A stretch of 64,000 nucleotides of DNA from an uncultured Lachnospiraceae bacterium (GCA_910587045.1 CAJULG010000008.1:6511-70510), one strand, 5' to 3'; shown: positions 42,239-50,270, counted from the first letter of the stretch. A program made the numbers and translations. Notes: a model not told the origin generated them from the letters alone.

Positions 42239-42267
42239 TTGATTTTTGTGATACAATTGCATATAAT
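42239..42267 (+). promoter_or_regulatory. sigma-A type promoter of the type III TA locus
   Basis: TTGATT (42239-42244), 17-nt spacer, TATAAT (42262-42267), directly upstream of the repeat array. Confidence 0.7.
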
Positions 42268-42270
42268 AAA

Positions 42271-42367
42271 AGCAGATAGGAAACTATCTTTGGAGAGTTC
42301 CTGCCAGATAGTGGAAGATTTTAAACTCGGGAGAGTTCCTGCCAGATAGTGGAAGATTTTAAACTCG
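42271..42367 (+). ncRNA. type III antitoxin RNA (ToxI/antiQ-like): about 2.5 abutting 38-nt repeats
   Basis: Identical units GGAGAGTTCCTGCCAGATAGTGGAAGATTTTAAACTCG at 42292-42329 and 42330-42367. They are preceded by a partial unit (GCAGATAGGAAACTATCTTT) and have no spacers. Promoter upstream, terminator and toxin gene downstream. Confidence 0.8.
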
Positions 42368-42369
42368 TA

Positions 42370-42398
42370 GGGAGCAGTAATGCTCCCTTATTTTTTTT
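42370..42398 (+). terminator. terminator between antitoxin repeats and toxin gene
   Basis: GGGAGCA-GTAA-TGCTCCC hairpin followed by TTATTTTTTTT. This matches the architecture known for toxIN/abiQ loci. Confidence 0.85.
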
Positions 42399-42411
42399 AG
42401 AGAGGGTTAGA

Positions 42412-42957
42412 ATGGAAGAATTTAAACTGTATAGTGTGTCAGACGAATACATAGAATATCTACGGAAAGTGTTTCCAAATGTATATTCAAATAAAGAAAC
42501 AACGAGAATTCATACCCGAAAGTATGTTGGTATAGTGTTGTGTTTGGAAAATTATCATTATTATATACCGATGTCTTCGCCAAAAGAAACGGATTATCAG
42601 ATTGCTGGAGAGAATAAGGTAATTAAGAAGAGTATTGTCCCGATTATACGGATTGTGGTAAAAAATTCAAAAGGACAAAGGGAATTAAAGGGAACTTTAC
42701 GAATCAGTCATATGATACCAGTCCCGCCATCAGAACTGCAGCTTTATGATATCGAAAGCGAGCAAGACGATACATATAAAGATTTGGTACAGAATGAAAT
42801 GATATTTATTCGTAAAAACCAGAATAAAATTCTTGCTAATGCAAAATTGTTATATAAGCAAAAAGCAGAGAATGATTTATCGGCCGGATATGTAAAATCT
42901 GCATTAGAGTATAAGACTTTAGAAAAACTTTGCAGAGATTTTGTCAGTGAAAGGTAA
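42412..42957 (+). CDS. type III toxin-antitoxin system toxin, ToxN/AbiQ family endoribonuclease
   Basis: 181 aa from the ATG at 42412. MEEFKLYSVSDEYIEYLRKVFPNVY and HYYIPMSSPKE resemble the ToxN/AbiQ N-terminal signature (as recalled: ..Y.IS..YIEYL.....V and Y.aPltSPK). AT-rich. The track start at 42349 lies inside the repeat array. Confidence 0.8.
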   Translation: MEEFKLYSVSDEYIEYLRKVFPNVYSNKETTRIHTRKYVGIVLCLENYHYYIPMSSPKETDYQIAGENKVIKKSIVPIIRIVVKNSKGQRELKGTLRISHMIPVPPSELQLYDIESEQDDTYKDLVQNEMIFIRKNQNKILANAKLLYKQKAENDLSAGYVKSALEYKTLEKLCRDFVSER

Positions 42958-43101
42958 CTAACAAATGTTTTGAAAATGCCGGAAACCCAGGGGTTGAAAC
43001 TATGTAAGAGATAAGGATTACTGCACTTCATAGGAAGGTAAGTGATGACCGAGATAAAGCGAAGCGGAATTGAGGTTCGCCTTGTGTTCGTAGATAACCT
43101 T

Positions 43102-43140
43102 CGAGAGTGTCCCTGCCAGACAGTGTGAGATTTTAAACTT
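43102..43140 (+). repeat. orphan diverged copy of the antitoxin repeat
   Basis: CGAGAGTGTCCCTGCCAGACAGTGTGAGATTTTAAACTT aligns along its whole length with the 38-nt unit (shared GAGAGT, CTGCCAGA, AGTG, AGATTTTAAACT). Confidence 0.7.
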
Positions 43141-43170
43141 AGAGGGAGCAGAGATGCTCTCTTATTTTTT
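43141..43170 (+). terminator. terminator-like hairpin paired with the orphan repeat
   Basis: GGGAGCA-GAGA-TGCTCTC (one G-U) followed by TTATTTTTT. It is a paralogue of the 42370-42398 terminator. Confidence 0.65.
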
Positions 43171-43365
43171 GCGTAAAGGCACAAGGAGAGAGGAAATGCC
43201 TGCATTTTAGAAGGAAGAATGCGTAAGCGTGGTTTTTTTTGGAGAGTATTTGTGTTATACTTATATCAGCTTTTGAAAGCATGGAAGGGAATGAGATGCC
43301 AATAAAGCAATGAAATAGATGAATACGTCCGGATACAGAGAGCCGGAGGATGGAAGATAAAGAGA

Positions 43366-44670
43366 ATGAAAGCATATTATGATGATTATAGAGAACTGGA
43401 ACATAGATTCAGAGTTATTTATCCGGAAAGTCCCAATGCCACATATACCAGCCTGCTAAATTATTCGGATGATCTGAATAAGCCATTTCAAAGATGGTAT
43501 CGATACAAGGAAGGGTTTTCAGTTGAATTAGTAGAACAGTTGATACGGGAATATTCCAGGCATAAAACGGGTACGATCCTTGATCCGTTCTCCGGCAGCG
43601 GCAGTACATTATTAGCCGCCAATGCCCTGGGTTATTCCGGTGTGGGATTTGAGGTAAATCCCTTCTCCTATTTTTTGTCTAAATGCAAGCTGGAGAACTA
43701 TACAAGTCAGGATATCGAACGGTTTCAGGCAGCCTATGGAGAAATTCTCTCTGATGCAGACCGGATGGAGGCGGACTATGAGCTGCCCCGATTATCGATC
43801 AGTAAAAAGGTATTTCAGAAAGAGATCGAAACATACTATATGAATATCGGTAAGCGGATCGATGATGGCTTTATGGCAGATGAAAAGGTCAGAAATCTAT
43901 TAAGGCTGGGATGGCTGGCATGTCTGGAACCACTTTCCAATTATAGAAAAGCAGGAAACGGATTAAAGATCAGGAAGTATGTGAAGCCAAGAATCATCAC
44001 GGTAGACAATGCAAAGGATATGCTGCTGGAGGAATATGAAAAAATATATAGTGATCTGCTGGAAAGTAGAAGAAAAGGAGAAATCACATTATATAATGAG
44101 TCCTGTCTGCATTTGAACCGGTTTATAGAAAAAAACAGTGTGGAAGGGATCATATTTTCCCCACCGTATGCAAACTGCTTTGATTATACAGAAATCTATA
44201 AACTCGAGTTATGGTTTGGAAAGTTTGTTTCAGAATATTCAGACCTGAAAAGACTGCGGAATAATTCACTGCATTCGCATCTGAATGGAGATCTGAGTAA
44301 TGAGGTGGAATCCCAAAGCAGGATATTGAAGGATTTACTGACTGAATTGGAAACAAAGGCGTTATGGGATAAAAAGCTGCCGAAAATGCTTCAGTTATAT
44401 TATGATGATATGTTTCAGGTTCTGGAAGAAAGCTATCATGTTTTAAATGAAACAGGCTTCTGTTGTATAGTTGTAGGTAATTCAGCCTATGGCGGGATTG
44501 TATTTCCTGCGGATCTGATCCTGGCAGAATATGCAGAGCAGCTTGGATTTACAGTTGATAAAATAGAGGTTGACAGATATATTATTACCAGTTCTCAGCA
44601 ATATGAGTTGACCAAAGAGACCGGGAATTATTTAAGGGAGAGTGTTGTATGTCTGGTAAAGAACAGATAA
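43366..44670 (+). CDS. DNA methyltransferase M1 (N4-cytosine or N6-adenine; SPPY type)
   Basis: 434 aa; SAM motif ILDPFSGSGSTLLAA about 190 aa upstream of catalytic motif IIFSPPYANCFDY (motif I before motif IV with a long insert). Confidence 0.8.
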   Translation: MKAYYDDYRELEHRFRVIYPESPNATYTSLLNYSDDLNKPFQRWYRYKEGFSVELVEQLIREYSRHKTGTILDPFSGSGSTLLAANALGYSGVGFEVNPFSYFLSKCKLENYTSQDIERFQAAYGEILSDADRMEADYELPRLSISKKVFQKEIETYYMNIGKRIDDGFMADEKVRNLLRLGWLACLEPLSNYRKAGNGLKIRKYVKPRIITVDNAKDMLLEEYEKIYSDLLESRRKGEITLYNESCLHLNRFIEKNSVEGIIFSPPYANCFDYTEIYKLELWFGKFVSEYSDLKRLRNNSLHSHLNGDLSNEVESQSRILKDLLTELETKALWDKKLPKMLQLYYDDMFQVLEESYHVLNETGFCCIVVGNSAYGGIVFPADLILAEYAEQLGFTVDKIEVDRYIITSSQQYELTKETGNYLRESVVCLVKNR

Positions 44671-45914
44671 TTGAAGTAGAATCACTGCCGGTAGAGATTA
44701 TCAGTGGTGCAACGTATTCTATAAAGCAGACCAATCCCAATACATATACGCATGGAATGTTTAAATATCCATGTAAGTTCATACCGGAGATCCCAAGATG
44801 GGGAATCCATACATATCTTACGGATAAAAAGGGGATTATATTTGATCCCTTTTCCGGCAGCGGCACAACATTATTAGAGGCGAATGTAAACGGGATTCAT
44901 GCATACGGAACCGAGATTGATGAAGTGGCAAAGCTGATCATCAAGGTGAAGACTACGGTGTTGAGCGCGGAACAGATAAAGGCTTTGGATCATGCGTATT
45001 TCAATATTATGCAGATTATTTCCCGGGAGGATGCTGAAAAATATTGTCCGGAGATTGCCAATCTGAGGCATTGGTTTTCAGAGCAGACCATAAATGAGCT
45101 TGGGCGAATGAAGGTATATATAGATAGTATTGATGATGCCGATATAAGAGATTTTTTAAAATTATGTATGGTTTCAATCATAAAACGAGTGTCAAACGCA
45201 GATGATACCTCCCCTAAGCCATATGTATCGAATAAGATAAAGAAGATTCCTCCTGCGGTTGAAAAAGAATTCTCATCTGTTTTCAGACGGTATAAGCAAA
45301 TGATGATAGAGCTGCAACAGGTTACACATATGGGACATACCTGTATGCTGGAAGGAGATGCCCTGCATTTTTCCGTTCCGGCCGGCATTGATCTGGCGAT
45401 CACGTCACCGCCATATATTAATGCCTTTGACTATGGCAGAACAATGCGGCTTGAAAATCTATGGATATCTGCATTGACCGAAGAAAAGCTGAGAGCAAAA
45501 AAAAGTCAGTACGTCGGGACAGAGAAGATCCGGATCTCGGAAGAAAAGCGTGAACTTGAAATATTAGAGCGGAGTCGTCTTCTTAAAACCTGCTATGAGC
45601 AGATTTACGAACAGGATGAAAAGAGGGCGCTGATCGTGAAACGATTCTTTGAAGATATGGAGCAGAATCTGCGCAGCGTTTACAGGCAGATGAATGCAGG
45701 CGGAACGTATATAATTGTGATCGGAAACAGCACAATAAGAAACGTCAATGTGGAAAGCTGGAAGGTGCTGGAGGAGATTGCGACACCGCTGGGATTTAGA
45801 ACCGTACAATACTTTAATTATATTATACAGAATCCTTATATCCGAATACCTCGAAAGGGAAGAGGAGGGAAGATCAGCAGGGACTATGTATTGGTTTTGG
45901 AGAAGGGAGTTTAA
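44649..45914 (+). CDS. DNA methyltransferase M2 (paralogue of M1; SPPY type)
   Basis: 421 aa; KYPCKFIPEIP, IFDPFSGSGTTLLEA and ITSPPYINAFDY motifs. Overlaps M1 by 22 nt. Confidence 0.8.
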   Translation: MSGKEQIIEVESLPVEIISGATYSIKQTNPNTYTHGMFKYPCKFIPEIPRWGIHTYLTDKKGIIFDPFSGSGTTLLEANVNGIHAYGTEIDEVAKLIIKVKTTVLSAEQIKALDHAYFNIMQIISREDAEKYCPEIANLRHWFSEQTINELGRMKVYIDSIDDADIRDFLKLCMVSIIKRVSNADDTSPKPYVSNKIKKIPPAVEKEFSSVFRRYKQMMIELQQVTHMGHTCMLEGDALHFSVPAGIDLAITSPPYINAFDYGRTMRLENLWISALTEEKLRAKKSQYVGTEKIRISEEKRELEILERSRLLKTCYEQIYEQDEKRALIVKRFFEDMEQNLRSVYRQMNAGGTYIIVIGNSTIRNVNVESWKVLEEIATPLGFRTVQYFNYIIQNPYIRIPRKGRGGKISRDYVLVLEKGV

Positions 45915-45916
45915 GT

Positions 45917-47659
45917 ATGGCTCAGAAAAACAGGACAAAGGAACTCTGGCTGATTCCCAAGAGGGTAAATCTGCATCAGACCGTCTGCCTGATTGACGGG
46001 ATGATTGAAAGAAATTATGACGGAACAAGCTGGAAGCCGCAGAAGCAGAATGATTTAGGCGTGAATCTGAAGCGATGGGGAGCAACGAAGGACGGAAAAA
46101 ATATATCATCACAGGCAATTCGGACCCTGGTAGCATCCATTCCGCAATATCTGGGCTTTCTGTATGTGAATACTGAACATAAACCGAATACGATCTGTCT
46201 GACAGAAGCAGGGAGAGCCTTATGGGACAGGCATAGGGATGAGCTGGTCAAAGTGCCGAATCTGAAGGCAGGGAAGGAACGACTGCTGAAAGAATCAGAT
46301 ATCGTATTGAAGCAAATGGAAAAACTGCAGATAACCAATCCGATTATTAACAAGGACTGTGAGAACATAGGTTTATTTCCATTCCGGTTTATGATAAAAC
46401 TTTTGCTACAGGTAGGATATCTTGATCAGGAGGAAATTGCATATTTCCTTTTTCAGGTAAGAAATGAAGATGAACTGGATCAGACTGTAGAGGAAATTGA
46501 AAGCTTCCGCAGACTGCCGGATGATAAAAGAGAATCCCGGATCAACGCATTCAGGGATACACATATTGGCAGTATTACGCTGGTGAAAGCGTCTTCAGCC
46601 GGATATTTTATGTCTCTTTGCCAGATTACCGGCATCATAGATCGAATAAAAATTACACCGGACAACAGGAAAACTCCGATCACAGCATTAAAGATCAGAG
46701 ATGAGTATCTGGATTATGCTCGTGAAATGATAGATTCAAGATACAAGCAGGCTGAAGTATATGATTTCAAAGATAATCTGCAGTTATGGATCGATTACAT
46801 GGGAAATCCTTCGCGGGATTTTCCTCCCGTTGATGTGTCAATCGTGAATAAAACAAACGGAAAATTTTTAGTTCAGGTATATCAGGAGGGATGCTGTAAA
46901 TACGATGATCTGATCAATGAGTATGGGATATTGCAGTTTCCCATGTTTGTAAATGAGCAATATGATATAAAGCTATTGGATATAGTAACAGGAGGGGAAT
47001 GGAAAACAATATGTGTACAACCTTCCTTTGAGCAGAGATCCTTTGAGATAGAGGGAGATTTAGCAGAGTATAAACCGGAAGAAGAATCCCTGGAACGTAT
47101 TGCAGATGAGATCACAGCACACTGTGAAGCGGCTAATTTCTCGGAAAAAACACTGAATTATCTGAATACCCTGTATAAGACGACCGGCATCGATAAGACG
47201 AATGATAAGTCCTTAAGAGGAGCATATCTCGAGTATTATGTTTACCGGATGCTTGGTATGCTGCGGGAGGAAGCTGTGATAGATGATGTGATCTGGAATG
47301 GAAGAATCGGAAAGTATGGTTTACCGACACAGGCACCGGGTGGAAAGACAGGAACACCGGATATCATATTTATCATTGATGATTTCCATTTTGTTCTGGA
47401 GCTTACAACGATCAAATCAAAGTCACTGCAATTTCGTGCGGAAGGTTCTTCAGTACCGGATCATGTCCGATTATACAGGCAGAATTCTGATGATCCGGTT
47501 GTGGGAGTATTCTGTGCTCCGATCATACATGAAAGAAATACTGCAATTATGCAGTCGGCGATAGCATCGCATGGGATTCCACTGCATTGTATTTGTGTTT
47601 CGGAACTGGTTGCGTTGCTGCTTACCAGGGACAGGGAAGAGATCAAAACCATGCTATAG
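45917..47659 (+). CDS. putative type IIS restriction endonuclease (AlwI/MlyI/PleI/N.BstNBI-like)
   Basis: 580 aa, starting 2 nt after the M2 stop. The C-terminal nuclease-like block GTPDIIFIIDDFHFVLELTTIKSKSLQF resembles the AlwI-family catalytic region as I recall it (..PD..II..DF.VL.E.TT.K...QF). Size and the two-methylase context also fit. Confidence 0.6.
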   Translation: MAQKNRTKELWLIPKRVNLHQTVCLIDGMIERNYDGTSWKPQKQNDLGVNLKRWGATKDGKNISSQAIRTLVASIPQYLGFLYVNTEHKPNTICLTEAGRALWDRHRDELVKVPNLKAGKERLLKESDIVLKQMEKLQITNPIINKDCENIGLFPFRFMIKLLLQVGYLDQEEIAYFLFQVRNEDELDQTVEEIESFRRLPDDKRESRINAFRDTHIGSITLVKASSAGYFMSLCQITGIIDRIKITPDNRKTPITALKIRDEYLDYAREMIDSRYKQAEVYDFKDNLQLWIDYMGNPSRDFPPVDVSIVNKTNGKFLVQVYQEGCCKYDDLINEYGILQFPMFVNEQYDIKLLDIVTGGEWKTICVQPSFEQRSFEIEGDLAEYKPEEESLERIADEITAHCEAANFSEKTLNYLNTLYKTTGIDKTNDKSLRGAYLEYYVYRMLGMLREEAVIDDVIWNGRIGKYGLPTQAPGGKTGTPDIIFIIDDFHFVLELTTIKSKSLQFRAEGSSVPDHVRLYRQNSDDPVVGVFCAPIIHERNTAIMQSAIASHGIPLHCICVSELVALLLTRDREEIKTML

Positions 47660-47698
47660 GCATGTATATTATGAAAAAGGTGATAAAAGAAAACTGAT

Positions 47699-48628
47699 AT
47701 GATATTAAGCGTCAGCCGTAGAACGGATATTCCGAACTATTATTCGGAATGGTTTTACAACAGAATAAGAGAAGGCTTTGTATATGTAAGAAATCCGATG
47801 AACCGGCATCAGATCAGCCGGATTGATTTATCACCGGATATCGTGGACTGTATTGTTTTTTGGACAAAGAATCCGGAACCGATGCTTGCCGGACTGGATG
47901 AGCTGGCGGCATATCCGTATTATTTCCAGTTTACGCTGACCGGATATGGAAACGAGATTGAGAGTAATGTTCCACACAAAATAGATAACATGATTCCGGT
48001 ATTTCAGAGATTATCGGACAGGATCGGAAAGCAGCGGGTGATCTGGAGATACGATCCCATTCTTTTTTCAGAGACCTATACACCAGAATATCATTTACAG
48101 ATGTTTGAACAGATTGCCAGCAGGCTAAAGGGATATACAGCCAAATGTGTGATCAGCTTTGTTGACAGCTATGCCAGGAATAAAAGGAATATGAAATCGC
48201 TGAATGTGTATGAACCGGAACAGCCAGAACTGTTAAAATTTGCAAAATGCATAAGTGAAATAGCACAAAAAAATGGAATGAAGACAGGGAGCTGTGCTGA
48301 GTGTATAGACCTTGGCTCATGCGGGATAGAGCATAACTGCTGTATTGACAAGGTTCTGATCGAAAGCATGATTGGCGCCAGGTTAACCGTAAAACCGGAT
48401 AAGAATCAAAGACCGGCCTGCGGGTGCATGGAGAGTGTGGATATTGGCACATACAATACCTGTAAAAACGGCTGTAAGTATTGCTATGCAAATTATAGCG
48501 AAGAGAGCGTTGCAAGGAATGCCGGCAGCTATGATCCGACATCACCGATATTGTGTGGAAGCATTCAGGAGGGGGATCGGATCCGGCCGCGCAAGGTAAC
48601 ATCCTGGAGGGAACAGCAATCAGGATAA
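47699..48628 (+). CDS. DUF1848 domain-containing protein (C-terminal CxxxCxxC Fe-S motif)
   Basis: 309 aa; MILSVSRRTDIPNYYSEWF... is a typical DUF1848 N-terminus. Has a C-terminal Cys cluster CGCMESVDIGTYNTCKNGCKYCYANY. Confidence 0.75.
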   Translation: MILSVSRRTDIPNYYSEWFYNRIREGFVYVRNPMNRHQISRIDLSPDIVDCIVFWTKNPEPMLAGLDELAAYPYYFQFTLTGYGNEIESNVPHKIDNMIPVFQRLSDRIGKQRVIWRYDPILFSETYTPEYHLQMFEQIASRLKGYTAKCVISFVDSYARNKRNMKSLNVYEPEQPELLKFAKCISEIAQKNGMKTGSCAECIDLGSCGIEHNCCIDKVLIESMIGARLTVKPDKNQRPACGCMESVDIGTYNTCKNGCKYCYANYSEESVARNAGSYDPTSPILCGSIQEGDRIRPRKVTSWREQQSG

Positions 48629-48660
48629 AAGCAGTGTATGATTTTCAGTGATTCTATGGT

Positions 48661-49413
48661 ATGATGATCAGAATACAGGATAAAACAGCATTGAGGTTTG
48701 AAGGAATGAAGGAATTATTACAGGGAATAAAGGATGGAGCGGCCATAGGCATCGGATACCTTTCGGTATCCTTTACTTTTGGTCTTACGGCAGTTGCAGG
48801 GGGGCTTACCTGGTGGGAGGCTTTGCTGATTTCCATGACGAACCTGACTTCTGCCGGACAGTTTGCAGGAATTACGATAATAGCGGCAGCAGGTACTTAC
48901 ATGGAAATGGCTGTTTCACAGCTTGTGATCAATCTGCGGTATGCGCTGATGAGCATATCATTATCACAGAAGGTGGATCATAATTTCAATCTGCCCAAGA
49001 AACTGATCCTGGGATTTGCCAATACAGATGAGATCTTTGCCATGGCCATGTGCAGGAAGGAAGACGTAAGCAGCCGATATTTTGCAGGCCTTATTGTGTT
49101 ACCCTATTTTGGCTGGACATCCGGTACTTTACTTGGCGGGATCTGTGGCAATATCCTGCCGCAAAATGTAAGTGATGCGCTGGGACTTGCGATTTATGGG
49201 ATGTTTATTGCAATTATTGTTCCAGCCATGAAGGGCGACCGGCGGATTCTGCTTATGGTGCTGCTGGCAGTCATATTAAGCTGCTGCCTGTTCTATATTC
49301 CGGTATTTCAGACTATTTCCAGCGGATTTGCCATCATTATCTGTGCAGTGATCACATCGGCAGTGGGCGCTGTATTCTTTCCGATAGAGGAACAGAAGGA
49401 GGAAACACAATGA
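48661..49413 (+). CDS. azlC: AzlC family branched-chain amino acid exporter subunit
   Basis: Polytopic membrane protein with AzlC-like GIGYLSVSFTFGL; followed by an overlapping azlD. The start is uncertain (48661 or the ATG at 48706). Confidence 0.8.
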   Translation: MMIRIQDKTALRFEGMKELLQGIKDGAAIGIGYLSVSFTFGLTAVAGGLTWWEALLISMTNLTSAGQFAGITIIAAAGTYMEMAVSQLVINLRYALMSISLSQKVDHNFNLPKKLILGFANTDEIFAMAMCRKEDVSSRYFAGLIVLPYFGWTSGTLLGGICGNILPQNVSDALGLAIYGMFIAIIVPAMKGDRRILLMVLLAVILSCCLFYIPVFQTISSGFAIIICAVITSAVGAVFFPIEEQKEETQ

Positions 49414-49727
49414 AGGCTGGGAATTTCTGGATGTATCTGCTCATCATGTTTGGCGTGACCTATCTGATACGGGTACTTCCTTTTCTGATTTTTCATAAAA
49501 AGATTGAAAACAGGTTTATACGCTCGTTTCTGGCATACATTCCATATACGGTCCTGGGCGCAATGACATTTCCGGCGGTTTTTTATGCCACAGGGTCCTT
49601 TTGGCCAGCTTTTGCCGGTGTAGGCGTTGCTCTTTTTGCTGCCTATCGTGGGAAGGGGCTGTTTACGGTAGCTGTATGTGCCAGTCTCACGGCCTTTGTA
49701 ATCGGACTGATCATTTCATTAATCTGA
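49410..49727 (+). CDS. azlD: AzlD family branched-chain amino acid transport protein
   Basis: 105 aa, 3-4 TM; ATGA overlap with azlC. Confidence 0.8.
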   Translation: MKAGNFWMYLLIMFGVTYLIRVLPFLIFHKKIENRFIRSFLAYIPYTVLGAMTFPAVFYATGSFWPAFAGVGVALFAAYRGKGLFTVAVCASLTAFVIGLIISLI

Positions 49728-49775
49728 TATATTTATATAATTAATGCTGAAAGTAAGGATAGGAGGAAGAAAAGA

Positions 49776-50270
49776 ATGCCAGAATATAATCATATTTATC
49801 ATACCTTTGATCCGGTATATGATGAGAATTCAAAGCAGTTGATCTTAGGCAGCTTCCCTTCCGTAAAGTCCAGAGAACAGGGTTTTTATTACGGACATCC
49901 TCAGAATCGGTTCTGGAGGGTTATGGCAGCAGTGCTGGAGTGGAGGATACCGGAAACCATGGAGGAGAAGAAGCGGATGCTGCTGGAGAATCATATTGCA
50001 GTCTGGGATGTGATCGATAATTGTGATATCAGGGGTTCCAGTGACAGCAGTATTCGGAATGTGGTGCCTGCGGATATATCCGGTTTATTGAAGCAGACCC
50101 GGATCTGCAGAATCTATGCGAATGGCAAAACTGCCGGCAGGCTGTATCAGAGATTCATCCTGCCATCTACGGAAACGGAGATCATTGTTCTTCCTTCCAC
50201 CAGCCCGGCAAATGCCGCCTGTTCGCTGGAGGAATTGATTCGCATTTGGGGAAATGCACTGAAAATCTGA
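49776..50270 (+). CDS. DNA-deoxyinosine (hypoxanthine) glycosylase, UDG family 6
   Basis: 164 aa; LILGSFPSVKSREQGFYYGHPQNRFWRVM and LPSTSPANA motifs. Confidence 0.75.
   Translation: MPEYNHIYHTFDPVYDENSKQLILGSFPSVKSREQGFYYGHPQNRFWRVMAAVLEWRIPETMEEKKRMLLENHIAVWDVIDNCDIRGSSDSSIRNVVPADISGLLKQTRICRIYANGKTAGRLYQRFILPSTETEIIVLPSTSPANAACSLEELIRIWGNALKI

Noticed and set aside
42292-42367. Direct repeats that could be mistaken for a CRISPR array
   Set aside because: The 38-nt units abut each other with no spacers and there are only about 2.5 copies. They are followed by a terminator and a ToxN/AbiQ-like gene, and no cas genes are present. This is a type III antitoxin array, not CRISPR.
42349-42411. 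Track ORF start at 42349 (MEDFKLVGSSNAPLFFLERVR...) for the toxin
   Set aside because: This start lies inside the repeat array and the ORF reads through the intrinsic terminator. The ATG at 42412 (MEEFKLYSV...) gives a protein of typical ToxN/AbiQ length and N-terminus.
42744-43375. Minus-strand ORFs 42744-43205 (153 aa) and 43139-43375 (78 aa) between the toxin and M1
   Set aside because: They overlap the toxin 3' end and the orphan repeat/terminator on the opposite strand, have no RBS and have no recognisable domains. The region is better explained by the repeat-terminator module.
42241-48652. Possible att-like direct repeats flanking the island (GATTTTTGTGAT at 42241 versus GATTTTCAGTGAT at 48640)
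   Set aside because: The match is short, imperfect and AT-rich, so it is plausibly chance. No integrase or tRNA is present and the right-hand copy lies beyond a gene with core-like composition.
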